This document shows, piece after piece, positions 1 to 12,738 of a stretch of 64,000 bases of DNA. This DNA is from Amoeboaphelidium protococcarum X5 (Eukaryota > Fungi > Aphelidiomycota). The stretch spans positions 348,476 through 412,475 of the forward strand of contig JALDTO010000162.1 in NCBI GenBank assembly GCA_023515725.1. The letters run 5' to 3'. The notes beneath the pieces are model-generated. The model was not told where the DNA came from. It saw only the letters and a list, made by a program, of their open reading frames with translations, and ran no database searches. The position numbers were made by a program, and so were the translations under genes. Position 1 is the stretch's first letter, and every line of letters begins with the position of its first letter.

Positions 1-2
1 CA

Positions 3-1022
3 ATATGCCGTACTCCGTCGCTGGCTTGTGAAGTTACTCTACAGCCACTGCGTCGTTATGAAGGACTGTTGGACGCGTCAATTATTTTCAGCGATATCCT
101 GGTAGTCCCTCAAGCCTTGGGTATGATTGTTGAGATGAAAGAGAAGGTTGGCCCTCAATTTCCATTCCCCCTCACTGATCCTAGTTAGTTTTTCAATGGA
201 ACTGAAATGGGAGATGTTGATCGTAGTTAGGTGATTAATCCAAAGGTTGATTGCAAGTCTGCGCTATCTTATGTCTATGAAGCTGTGACCACGACGCGTT
301 TAGCTATCAATGGTCAGGTGCCGCTATTTGGATTTTGTGGTGCACCATGGACTCTGTTAGCGTACATGGTTGAAGGCGGAGGATCGAAAATGTTCAATAA
401 GATCAAATCGTTCATCTTCACTTATCCTGAGGAGACGAAATAGATTCTGGATGTGATCACCTCGCTGTGTATCGAACACCTTGTTCTTTAAGCTGAAGCT
501 GGGGCTCAAGCCTTGCAAGTTTTTGACTCTTGGGCAGGTGAACTGAGTCATGAAGATTTCCTTATCTTCTCTTATCCGTACCTGCGTCGTATAGCGACTG
601 AAGTAAAGTCTAGAACTGGGGGAGTTCCTACTGTGGTTTTTGCTAAAGGAGCTCATTATGCCATTCCAGATCTTGTTCACACTGATTATGATGTTATTGG
701 GCTTGACTGGACTATGAATCCTCAGGAAGTTTAGAATAAAGTTTAGAAGGCTCAAGCTATAACAAGCATCAAAAAGAAATTTGTTTTGCAAGGTAATCTT
801 GATCCGTCACTTCTGTATGCTCCTCATGATGTTATCGTGGAGAGAACCACTGCAATGCTGCAAAATTTTCTCTTGTACTCCAATGTTGAAGTCAATCAAG
901 ATTTCGGTTATATTTGCAATCTTGGTCATGGTATACATCCTACAGTGCCTGTTGAGAATGTCAAAGTGTTTTTAGAAACTGTCAAAGATGTGACGTCAAA
1001 ACTTTTTGCTCAACAGTAATGA
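3..1022 (+). CDS. HEM12: Uroporphyrinogen decarboxylase (5' end outside window)
   Basis: One frame under TAR=Gln: [69 protein letters not shown]. Ends CAG TAA TGA (TGA at 1020-1022). Confidence 0.95.
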
Positions 1023-2100
1023 GTACAATGACGATGAGTTAAATACAGTTACTTGCCATATTACTTTGGATGTTTGCTATTGATTGAAGAGTTCAAAACA
1101 TTTTATTATACTTTAGAAACTCACATCTAATTACTTTATTTTTTCCAGTATAACATCAAATTGAATCAAGAGGCTCAAAGTTCTCAGGTAGAATATCATA
1201 GCGCTCGAGTACGCGTATCGCACCATTCAGTATATTGCGTCCAAGTTCCACGTTGCCTGAATGAGGACCGTGAATTTAAGGAGGGCGTCTGCCTTTCATT
1301 GCGACGCTTATACGAGTAACGCTTCTACCAAGAGGTACAATTTCAGCTCTGAACAAGCTAAGCAAGTACAAGAATTCGTTTGACGCTTTTGCCGCCATTT
1401 TTTTTATCCACTTTAGGACTGAAATTTCAATCGATAAAGCTTCGGGATTTGGCAAACCGATCACTTTCCAAAATGCTCTCTCTCAACTTAACATGCCACT
1501 GAATAACATGGATTTTCCGTTCAACCACTTCTCCAATGCCGAGAGAACGAGGTGGAATGTTAAGCATCGACAGTGGCATATGGAGCGACTACCCCGGAGA
1601 GCAATCAGTGATCATACCCGCGATATCCACAGTAACCAATACGATTTATTAAGACATAGTCGCTCCTGCTTCATTGGATACAGTGTTGTGCGATTTAATA
1701 AGCAGTAGTAAGCAGCTACCGATACTCACACATATGGATCCTTGCGTAAAGCAGGTAACTCTCCCGAAACAACGCCAATAAGATTGTTCGGCAGCACACA
1801 CTATCCTACATACACAGATAAGTAACGAATCTAATAATAATAATAACAAACTTAACGTATTAGCGTAAGAATGCGCAATAGCTTGATCAGTACTCCATCA
1901 TTCGTGATATTGTTGATATATGATACCAAAAGAGAAGTGAAGTAGAAGCTTTTCGATATGTAAGTGACTCATAAAAAGTGAAAATGCCAGATCATCGCAT
2001 CGCATAATTTTTTGTGTCGCTTTAATACAAATTTGAAATTCATATATTATAGAATGGATGATAGTGTATTGATCTCAATTGTTGCGCGCGTTCAAAATAG

Positions 2101-2205
2101 GTACTTTGATTGAATTAACTACAGTCTATTTCATCGGTTTGTCCGACAAACATTACTGTATATATCAGGCGCGCCTTTCGGCGCGGCAATTCCATTAAGG
2201 TCTGC
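2101..2205 (-). ncRNA. Candidate Fanzor omegaRNA (scaffold plus 3' guide)
   Basis: CGCGCC-GAAA-GGCGCG hairpin (2185-2170) over the last codons, then a TACAGT...ACTGTA stem enclosing GTTTG-TCGGA-CAAAC, ending at the putative element end. Confidence 0.55.
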
Positions 2206-4480
2206 TACCATGCATCGCGTAATGGCGGACTATTTGAGCCATACTCCTGTAAGCATTAACGTCCCGATCTACAAAGACGTCACATCCAGTGTTTTGGCAG
2301 TTTGGGCAAACTCCAAATCTTGATTGGACTCTTCGGTTAAAACGATCAGGACATTCGTACGATAGGATTTCTGGACCATCAGCTTTGATGCAGACAGTTT
2401 AAGCCCGGCGACGACCAGGCAGTATCTTCTTTGCCTTCTTGTGTCGGCACCTCATCACCACTTCATGCTCCCATTGAAGATCTGCATGACATAATGAGTG
2501 CTGCTTGCTAGTGTGGAACTCCGGCGTTATAACTACCAATGCCCGACGACTGAATTCAAACGCGAATTTTCTCACCGGAACAGGAGGATTACCACGCACG
2601 TGCTTCACACCAGCGTCACCAAGCGCAATTACCGGAGGCTTATCTGGAGGTGAAAACTTGCCATTAGATTTACGCAGTTCGCGTTTCCTCTTCTTTGCAG
2701 CTTTACCTCGGCGCCGATCGTTGATTTTAGGCACTGGTGGCTTTGGTCTGCCATACATCATGTTGATGACTTTACCAAACGCAGACTTGGTCGCGCAAAA
2801 TCGTCGGAATCTCCAATTACGATGGAATGATCTTGAGTAGAAGGCATAGACGTCCTCAAAATATCTGATGTAAACATCGAGATACTACTGGCAAGTGTTT
2901 GATTAGGCCATATCTTACTCCATCAGCGTGATTTCAGTTGGTTTGATATGCAACAGCTGGGCTTCAGACTCTGTAGTCAATGCAAGACGTTACCAGTATC
3001 CAGTAGATATGTGGCCCGTTTCTTTTAGCTCCTTCTTGGCTTCTTTTAGCGTAATTGCACCATCGACGTCCGCGTCGTCGCCCCACACCAGTACGTTCTT
3101 CTTACCAGGGTCAACGCCAATCAATCGAGAGCCATCTAATCTTTGTTGGAGATTCCGACAGTTTTCCAAAGCAAAAGCCCCAACAATTACTTGAGACACG
3201 TCAATGCTTCGTGCTTTTCTCTGCAGGTCTGAAGCTTCATTTGCATACGCTTTCCCACCTTAATCTGAAACAGACACGGAGCACGCAAAACCATCAGAGG
3301 TGATACTGACACTGACGTTTTTAGATTGAGCCATCCGCTGTTAAAGACCCAAAACTTTAAGCCTTAGGATACATTACCGTTGATCCTCCTCCTCTTTCGA
3401 CTCCTCCCCCAACTGATTGCCCAGGCGATACTGTTCAAATCCCCACTGGGCCAAAACTTTATTGTCAAAGCAGATGTGGCGCGGAACATCGGTACCAGTA
3501 GGGAAAATCTTGAATGATGGCAAGCCTAGCTCCTTGAGAGTTTAACGCTAATACATCAGATATTGGACCAAAACTTTCTAGCCCTCCTAATTCTGAAATG
3601 CATGGTGTGCTCTTGATGGCATGTATGTTTGATGGGTATCACGCTACTTCATCTTACCCGATTTCCATCGCTTGAAACCGATGAGTCCATGCAGCTGACT
3701 AGGAGATTATGCTTTTCTTTTACTGTATCTCCTTCTTGGAGCTCTGTCTTTAAAAGAAGTGGTGACAATATCCAATAAATGGTGACGATGCATTGAGACC
3801 AAGTGCCGAACTTCTTCAACTTATAACAATTGCAGCAACTCGTCCTTAATAGCAGCATCTTATTGCGCAATTGTCTCCTCATCTTCACCAGCATCGTAAT
3901 CAGGAGGCAAATGTATCTGAGTCGCGGGATTAATCTCCAAGTACTCGCCCCCAAAGTGTTCCATCGTGTTAACAGCTTCTTCAGTCAGCAAAGAGTTGAG
4001 CAGCTATAGAAACACGGTAAGCCTTCGGCCTTTTACATTAAAGGCCTCCATTTAAGCTTTAATCACCTTCTTCTAGTAGACCCATATAGTTTCAGTCAGA
4101 TGCCAGGTGATAGCTTAAATAATCTTACGCGCTTGAAACACGTACAGGTTAGGATTTGGACCAATCAGGCTTTCGTGCCTCAATCTCTATCGCACTTCAG
4201 GAGCGATTGTTTCAGCCAGTATTCGTGTGTGTTCATTGTCACGATGAAACGCAGAGTTGCAAAGATACTCCAGCATTGACGCGAAATACTGCTAATGAGA
4301 TAGCTCAGGTAGTGCCTTGCCGGCTTCATTCCATACATTAAGACTGAGATAGATCAGACGGGATGCAAAGGTGAGGTGCACTGAGCTCAGTCGAATCTGT
4401 GGTATCAATCTCTCTTTATCACCATCGCTAAGATTCAAGACAGTATTTAGTTTGCATTTACGTGTTACTTTCTTTGCCAT
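2165..4480 (-). CDS. Fanzor1-type (TnpB-derived) RNA-guided RuvC endonuclease, 771 aa
   Basis: Uninterrupted ORF under TAR=Gln. Motifs: FKIFP..RHICFD, ITSDGFACSV, RuvC-I LIGVDPG (D ~3110), FYSRSFHRNWRFRRF, IALGDA, RuvC-II VITPEFHTSKQHSLCH (E ~2520), CPNC zinc ribbon, RuvC-III VDRDVNA (D ~2262), terminal RP. Confidence 0.92.
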
Positions 4481-4542
4481 ATCTTCTTATCTATGAGAAG
4501 TTAGATAAGAAAGAGGAAGAAGAAATAGTGAACTGTCTGGCG

Positions 4543-4551
4543 CTTTTATAG
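4543..4551 (-). promoter_or_regulatory. TATA box upstream of Fanzor
   Basis: CTATAAAAG on the minus strand about 65 nt upstream of the ATG at 4480. Confidence 0.45.
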
Positions 4552-5135
4552 GCCTTTTCAACAAGTCAGTAATTGGAGTTTGCTAGCCGCTGTAAGAGCC
4601 GCTTTTAGTAACGATGAAATTGAATTTCATTACTTGGCACTGTTTGAAAATTTCTAAAGTCAAAAACTACATAATATATAGGAAAAGTATTCTTATTACT
4701 ATAATCCATCACTTGATTACTTAAATCTAAAATCGATGGCTTTGAAATTGGCACTTTCCATCACTGGAGAATGAAATAGAGAACTTTGCGGCATTATCTA
4801 AACAGACGTCACATAAGTTACTTATAATTGTTCAAATTACACGTATGCTTCGCATTACGAGTTCTAATACTATCTGTTGTAGGGAAGTATCGTGCTTAAA
4901 ACTTCGTCATTATTTTTTGTGCCCAAAACACTTTTCCGTGATCGGACATTTTACTGAAACGAACTGTAATGTAGAAATTTTCGTTGCCATGGTAACACAT
5001 ATGCATAGTTAACGATGGATATTTTTATACTTCTTTCACTCACTTCAACTGCACTCTGACAAGACATATTATTTTGTAATAAATCAAAACAACTTGAATT
5101 AATTTCATTCTTAATCTGTAAGGTATTCGAACAGA

Positions 5136-7943
5136 ATGGCTGTATTTCTCGCATCATTGCTGTAGTTGCTAATGACATGTGGCCTATCTGTACTTGGACA
5201 GTCAAACTTTGCTCCAATTGGTCAATTGCCGTACTATTCTGGCATTTACAATGCTGGTGCTATGAAGGACTTATCTGTGCACAATAACACAGTATACTTG
5301 GTGAGCTCTTTTAGCGCTTTGCTACGCTATCGACTGCCTGATGATCTTGCTCAGTCAAAAACTACATCGTTTGATTCACCTTTTTTTCTGTATGTATCTC
5401 AAAATCCGGTATCATCTGTAGTAATTCTATCGCCGTAGAGACTTAGTAATAATGTGACGGCCGAGCTTTATTGCATGACTACAGGCGGTAATTTTATCCA
5501 AGTACCTAATCAATGTCCATTAAGAAGTCCATTTTAGACATTTGGCCAGTTGCCGCCCCTCTCTCATCAGCTCACCGCGCTGGTTGGTTATGAGAAGAAT
5601 CCCGTGAAGATTTTGAACGAGTCCGCTGTGGTTGATACTATTCAGATTGATTTGGGTGTTAAGTCTCTAGGATTGCAAGATCAGTTTATGTATGCTGCCA
5701 CCGATAATGGAGCAGTGTTCATACGGCGCGACGACTCTTCGCCTAATCAGCTTGGTGGTTTGACTAATAGCATTAAAATGAGATGTCCATTAAACTATAC
5801 TCTGGACTCGGTCTCAGTCAGCTCTGTATTCTCAGTGTTTGCATGCTATTCTAGTTAGGAATATATGACGTACGTATTTGTGCAGAATATGACTAGTTTT
5901 CGCTTTGAATATACACCCTAACCAACTGATGGTGAATATGTCGCTAGGTTTCCTGTACGTAACATTGGTGTCGTGGCTCTGAATAACCAATTTTTGATAA
6001 TTGGGTAGAATGGGACAATTTATCGCTGCCGAAGTTCCACCTGCTTGAAAACTGGTTCGTATGATGATGGCGTTGAATTCGTTCTCTCCACCAAGACTTG
6101 TATTCCATACTTGAATGGAAGGAATGTTATTGCACATAGAGAGTACGCGTTGATCCCGTGTCTTAATGGCTCTGTAGTCGCATTTGATCCTAGTCTTATG
6201 AGAGTGGAAGCTCTTTTTAACGTGGGTGGCCCAGTTAATTAAGTTGGAGATATTGATGCCGTGAAGTTGGTTGTCTCTCGTATAACCTCTCCAGGATCGG
6301 TCGCGTTTAATAAAGATCTTTTATTCTACGGAGCAAGTAATGGTTCAACGTTCATTTTTAACATGCCCCAAGTAAATGCTCAGTAAGTGGCCAAGGTTGT
6401 GGATTATTCCAGGTGCAGTCAATCACAATTATCTTGTGGATTTGGTGGCGCGTAACTGAACTGTACACTGGCCAACTACCTCGACTATAATGTGTATAGT
6501 TTGAAAGTTGCCCCTTCTTCTTCTGCTTCAGACGTATCGAGCACTATTTCCCCTACAAGTACAATGTTGTTGTAGACACCAACTGCAACCGTTGTATATT
6601 CTGGCAAAGTTAGTCAAGGATCAGGATTTGTCAATGTCAACCGTAACTCTGACGCTGTGTCACTTTATTCCAGTAATAGCTCGATAGTGTATGGGGCATC
6701 TATCGGACCATTTTTGTTTCTGTTGGATAAGCTGTATGGAGTGGAGTCTAATGATAGCATAACAGGTAATAAAACATTCGATTATGTCAGTGGAGGAGTG
6801 ATCACCCGCATTAATGTCAACAACGCGTCGGACACCGCTTAATTGTCATTGAATAACTCTGGATTTGTGTTTATTGATAGTTTTTTATACCAGAATGATG
6901 GAAAGACTTATCTTGCTGCATTGGATATAACTGGCAACGCTTTATTCATGTAGCCTGGCAGTATGGATTTAGCTTTTCACTTTTAGATTGGTCATCTATC
7001 ACCGCAGTTGCTGATTGACGGGCGCAAGTAGATTGCTGCACTCACAAACTCTGCTATTTATTATTTTGGTCAATTCAATGTCAGCGGTGGATCTATTACA
7101 TCTGATAATTTCAGCAAGTATCGCGCAGGGTCTTTCATCACCGCACAGGTCCCAGGTCCCAACGTGAACAGTGAAGTGGCACCGTACAATCCTATAAATG
7201 GGCAGCCGTAATCAACATCATTCGGATTCATTTAAAGTTAGAGTAAACTGCTTTTGCTTTCTGAAGGAGTGTTGTATTTCATTCCAGACATCATTTAGTA
7301 GAGAACAATATCTGGAAATCTGGTAGCTACGCCTGTGCAGTTGCCGTTTAAAGTTATCAATTTCGTCAAAAGTGGAAGCACGTCTGACATCCTTGTATTG
7401 ACTTCGTCTGGTCCATACACTGTACCTGTATAGAATTTTGGGAATAATCAAGATGTTGACTCTACAATTTATACACCATTTTAACTTGCCACCAATGTGA
7501 CCGGCTTATTTCAGTATGATGGGCAACTGATCGCTCATGATGCTTCGAGCAATCAGGCTTTGGTAACTGCAAAAGATAAATCCAATATGAGTTTCTTGCT
7601 GAAATTCCAGAAAAATAATGGTAACTTTTAGATGAAAGGTTACGCTTCACTTGGCTACAAGTAAATTGATCCCACACTGCTACTTTTTACTAGTACGGCC
7701 GAAGTGGTGTGCTTTGACACTGAGTGTCTTCACTACAATGGTACATATGCTTAGTGGCAAGTTCAGCTGAGTCCCGGTAAGGTTTATAATACGTAATAAC
7801 TGACCACTCAATCCCAGTTAAATGACACAGTGATCGAATTGACAAAGTCTATGGTACGCTGGTTCAAATCTGGCGCGCAGTGTAGAATGTCCTACGATTT
7901 GAGCAACTTTATGTACATTGCTCTCACGCTGCTTTTTGTTTGA
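5136..7943 (+). CDS. Secreted or cell-surface protein, ~935 aa, beta-rich, hydrophobic C-terminal tail
   Basis: Track fragments at 5166, 5550, 6045 and 6657 share one frame. Signal-peptide-like MAVFLASLLQLLMTCGLSVLG, many N-x-S/T sites, C-terminus FMYIALTLLFV-TGA. Confidence 0.75.
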
Positions 7944-8079
7944 ACTATGATGGTGAAATAATAATGATTGTTATAGAATAAAGGGTAATTATATATGGAA
8001 AGTGTTTAATTTTGAATAAAAAATCACCAATTTATTATCAATTAACAACAATTATATACCATAAAATATAATAAAACAG

Positions 8080-10290
8080 TCACAAATCTTGTTCTAGTTC
8101 CTATTGTAGACGCTTCTTCTCCGCTTACAAAGTCTTGCTTTAGTCGGAGGCAAACGCGAATCCACCGAAAAACAATTGCAATACAGAATATAAAATGGTG
8201 AGTATCTTACTGGCCAAGTTATTCCAAGTACCAACGGGTATATTCGACAGACCGCCTGTGCTTGCCGCAAGAAGGAATATGGTGAATGCCAATTAAAGCC
8301 CAGAATCGAAGAACAGATCCATAAAAACCAGCTTGGTGTTTCTCAAAGTCTTGGTCGCAATTCCAATCAATGTCTGATAGTAGGCAAAGAAGCAGAAAGG
8401 CAGAATCAGCGGTGAATTAAATGTTACTGTTATCCACCCAGGCTGACGAAATTTTTAATTACAGAGACTGCCCACCAAGACGTAAACTTTAAATATTTCT
8501 TTGATCGATGTGATGAGGCCACAAATGAGAGCAAGTACAAAAAACAGTACAGGATTCGCCCTATTACCGGCCGGCGCTAGTGTCTCCATGGGAATATTGT
8601 CAACGTACACTGTGCAGTTTATTACACTCTGAGATGTGGAAGGAGGATTTCTAAGAGCGTCACTCAGACCAGCCGGTGCTGACTTGTTCCGATCAAAGAG
8701 CATACACAGTTTATTGCCACTCTGATCATTACAGACCATCCGAACTAACGGTTTAAACTGGCACTGCGATGGATCAGCAAAGTAATCACTGATACAATTG
8801 GCTGATTCAACATTCTGAGTCAGTTGAATTCGAGGGACAGTAGAACAGCTGGTGGAAGACACATTCTGAGGCAATGCAGAGACATAATCGCAAGTCTAAG
8901 GATCAATGAGGCAGCCATGATATTCGCAGTTCGAGCTGTAAGAGAACATCTAATGATAGTATTGTTTCCCACTGAGAAACTGAGATTATTAATTACTTTG
9001 ACCAGATTTCTATTGAGAACTATCAGGAAACATTTAAGTAATGTCACTGAAATAGTAATTGCTACTTTGGTCAGTCTGTAGGAAGGCTATTCTATTCATG
9101 AAATTTCCGCAAGTGTCAGAGCTCCAAGTGACCGACGGCTATCCTGAAAATGAGCCATCTTGCTGCCCATATCTCAATTTCTATTCTATAACTTCATACT
9201 GGAGCATTTAAGAGTAAAACTAGTTAATCGAGGACGAAATAAAGTTGATAGTACCATACCATGAATAGCATCCGACAAGCCCAGAGATAAAAGTGAGGAG
9301 TACATACATTCTACGATGTTTACGCGCTTTATCCAACTTCTTCTCAAATTCTTTTTAATTCAATGGTGGAGAAGAAGGACCTTGTGCCGGAGCACTAGGT
9401 GCTGGCATCTTATTAAAGTTTTGTCCCTTTGTGAGATTATCATCCACCTGTTACGACCGACTTGAACCCTGAATAGCATCCGCATAATTGGGAGGACTTT
9501 ATCCAAAATGATCGGAAGTAGCAAAACTATTTCGCATCATTGCAGGAGCAGATGGATTGACAGCGCCATTCACATTATCAGGCTATTGATTTAGATCTTG
9601 GCCTTGTGCGGTGGCAAAAGAGTGAGCAGTACTCATCCTGGCCTACATGGTCCCGGTCTTTTACTACTACATAGATTGAGGTCTCGACTGATATTAAAAT
9701 TATTGATATTATTCTTGAGAATTGCCATCACCATCATTCGATCTAACACCAGCTGGCTCTCTAATCAATCCGGCAGGATTATAAGGAGCTTGAGAGGGAA
9801 CAGGAGCGGACGGAATACCAGAATTAGTCCCAGAGGGCATGGAGCCAGACAAGGACTGTCTTGGCTGAGACATTGGTGTGACATTACCAAGGAGTATATT
9901 TTAAGGTAGTAATGATGAATCTTTTCTAGCCATGGAGCTCAGACTATCTCTTTGCTGTAGTTATCTCTACTAGAATAGCGCCTTCTTCTACAACTATTAG
10001 TGGAATAGTCCAGGTGAAGTTTCGTCTCCATCAGCAACGGCAGCACCACTGCTCTTTGAATCTCTACCGAAAGAGTAATCAGTCTGCAAGCCAACCATGG
10101 GAAGAATCGATGTCGAGGCCATAAAACTTGCCTGAGTATTGCCAAAATTGCCACCATGATCATCATGTTCGAATGTAACTTCCACAGCGCTCGCATCACC
10201 GCCATCATCATGATCATCGCGGAAGATATCCATTTAACTAACCTGGCTAGTCTTTTGCACCTGGTCGCTCAAATCCGCACTCAAGTTCAT
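8080..10290 (-). CDS. Multi-pass membrane protein, ~736 aa
   Basis: Single frame from ATG 10290 to TGA 8080. Pro/Gln-rich N-terminus, TM segment MYVLLTFISGLVGCYSW, Cys-rich loop, then several hydrophobic segments (SIKEIFKVYVLV, FNSPLILPFCFF). Confidence 0.8.
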
Positions 10291-10621
10291 ATTTATCGAA
10301 ACTGATATGAATATTTAGGCTAGCAGCAGCACAATATAATAAGATTTACGGTACTTATAGAGTGAGACGCACAACAACCACAATACAATGAGCGTGAAAC
10401 AATGGAGAGAAACGAGAGAGCAGTCGGTCAGTCAGTCACCATATGTGTAAACAAACGACGGTGGTCATTGTTTGTGTCAAGTCCATGAAGGCTGTTAGCT
10501 AGCCTCTTACTGTATCTGCAGTTTTCCCAAATTTTTTTTATTCCAAATAGTTAACTAATATTTGACGTGTAATTCTTAGTATTTTATTAGAAATATTCCA
10601 GAGTACCTTATTGTTTGAAGT

Positions 10622-12435
10622 ATGGATACGTAACAATAATAGCTGCGTAATAGACAGCCCAGCTCTGTCTACCGGCCTGAGGAGGCAAGCATGATAAGCG
10701 AAGTGAGTACTTACTTATTATGTCTTTATCAATATTATCTTTTCTAATTTTAATTATCGCCCTATACGAATAGTGTAGATTGGAAACACTGTAGATCCAC
10801 AGTATCAGACACTAAGCAAGAAGCAGTAGTAGGAACAGTTAATTCAGGAAGACAGTGCTGAACAGAAGCAACTGAAGAAGATGAAGCTGCAAGCTTTAAA
10901 GTCTCAGGTTGTTTAGCTTACAGCTCTGGTGTCTCTGGTGAATGGGTTACGTTTTCTATGTATGGTGCTGACCATAATGCAGCTTTTTCCTGGGTTTGGG
11001 AGGCAAGACATTATTTAATCTTACTTTGCTGGTGGAAATAACTTTCAGAGTGCACTGGGAGATTCTTCTGCTTCTTAGGGAACTGTGTTCTACTCTGACT
11101 GTGATGGTGTCGTACCTGAAACTTATCATCGTGTGTACACCGGATCTGATGGTATTTCGTACAATAAATCATATGTCTGGTTTAGTGTCGCGGCTGCTGT
11201 GCCCAAGTGCCAGTTGTCTGGGTGTCTCTTGGATTTGGAGAATATGACTTTAATTTCCAACGTCTCTTCTCCTTCTCCGTCATGTAAACTTCCTCAAGAT
11301 GCTCTGTATAAAAATAGTTACATGATGAAATGTATGCTGACTGGTGGGTATAGATCATCTTACGCATAAATGTTCAGTCTCTGCTTAGGTCCGAATGGAC
11401 AATCTGGTCAATAGCTCTTGAATGGGCAATTCTTCTCATAGCTGTGCTTGCAAAATACTAGCACTGCTCTATCTGAACAGAAAGAGGCATTTGTATTCAG
11501 GTCCTCGCGACTACTGTATTATATCCCATTTATTTAGCGATTTAGCTAATCTGCCGGTGTAATGAGCTCATCAATGATTTTGACTGATAGCAGTATATTC
11601 TCCGCCACACTGTACCAGCCTGGCTACTTTAATTAATGGTATAACAGCTATAACAACTTTGGATCTTACCTTCGAGCCAACCCGTAAGAAGCTCTGTTTC
11701 CTCTCTACCGCAGCGTGAGATACGCTGTGTATCCGTAAACTTGGGCGGGGAATATAAGTGATGTTTTTAAGACATCATTCTGGAATTTCATGGTCAGTGT
11801 GGATAGTCACGCTATCTAGTGCTAAACAATATCGCCATCTGGTAACTGGACTGATTACAAACCGCCTATTTCTTATGCTATTAACAGTTTTGGAGATGAT
11901 ACAATGTACACTAATTCTCTGACATCATTGAGAATTCTACTAGTGTCCTGCTTAGTTGTGTTTGCATCCAATGTGTTGTTGGAAGTGGTGAAAGTACTTA
12001 TTCTACTGTTTAGTTTATGCAGTAAAATGGCCAGAAATCCTAAGAGTATGATATTTGCTATTGATTCTCCAATGATGCTTTTGTTTTTGTTTGCTCCGTA
12101 TTATAGGACAATGTGTCTTTATGCAATGCAGGTATTATTATTATATTTGAAGAATCTTGTAACATGTATCGTTCATATATGATCCTACGCGTGTGTAGAA
12201 GAGGAATCCAAGGTATAGAACAGTGCCTGAATTCTTTGTTGTGCATTGCTTTGAGTTTTTTATGATCACAGCATCATATATTGTCTATGGTCCTTTAAGT
12301 GATTTAATTAAAGGCTATCTGGCTTTGTGTGTATCGACTATCGTGGTTAATTTCGCAACGATTTGTTGGCATTGTCTATAGGCGATGGAAGTTGACCGAT
12401 CAGTTATCAATAAGAAGCTCGTTGAATTATTTTGA
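10622..12435 (+). CDS. Multi-pass membrane protein, likely related to 8080-10290; introns 10703-10778 and 12132-12198
   Basis: Two GT..GTGTAG introns restore the frame. TM, Cys-rich loop, then LLEVVKVLILL and IDSPMMLLFLF; TGA at 12433-12435. Confidence 0.75.
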
Positions 12436-12738
12436 AATTTACTTGAATGTCCCCGATGAATATAATAATAGAAGAAGCTATTACTGAAAGATTGTGTCAG
12501 TCATAATTCTTTTACGTTGAGAGCGAAAAGGCCTATCACGTTACTGGATTGAGATGATTATAATGGATCCGTTAGAAGGAGAGGTAAAACTAAATAACAT
12601 CGTGCACTGAAAGGCTACAACACACGATTAATTTTAATTTAAGCTATATTGGCATTATTAACTATCCAATTTCCACAGAGTATTCTTTGCCTACATTTTA
12701 GACGATGAATGTTCCAATCATAAATTTTCATAAAATCA

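Larger units (their letters stand above)
2122..4592 (-). mobile_element. Putative non-autonomous Fanzor-carrying DNA transposon with TA target duplication
   Basis: Both ends read inward TA|CAG...CAAAC...ATTACTG (TA at 2120-2121 and 4593-4594), an imperfect inverted repeat. No transposase ORF inside. Boundaries tentative. Confidence 0.5.

Noticed and set aside
1430-1849. ~140-codon minus-strand open frame next to the Fanzor element
   Set aside because: No recognisable motif and no transposase signature; open frames of this size are common when only TGA stops.
2111-2119. TTCAA as an IS200/IS605-type right end for the Fanzor element
   Set aside because: No matching left-end hairpin or Y1 transposase; the TA|CAG model fits both ends better, though this is not fully excluded.
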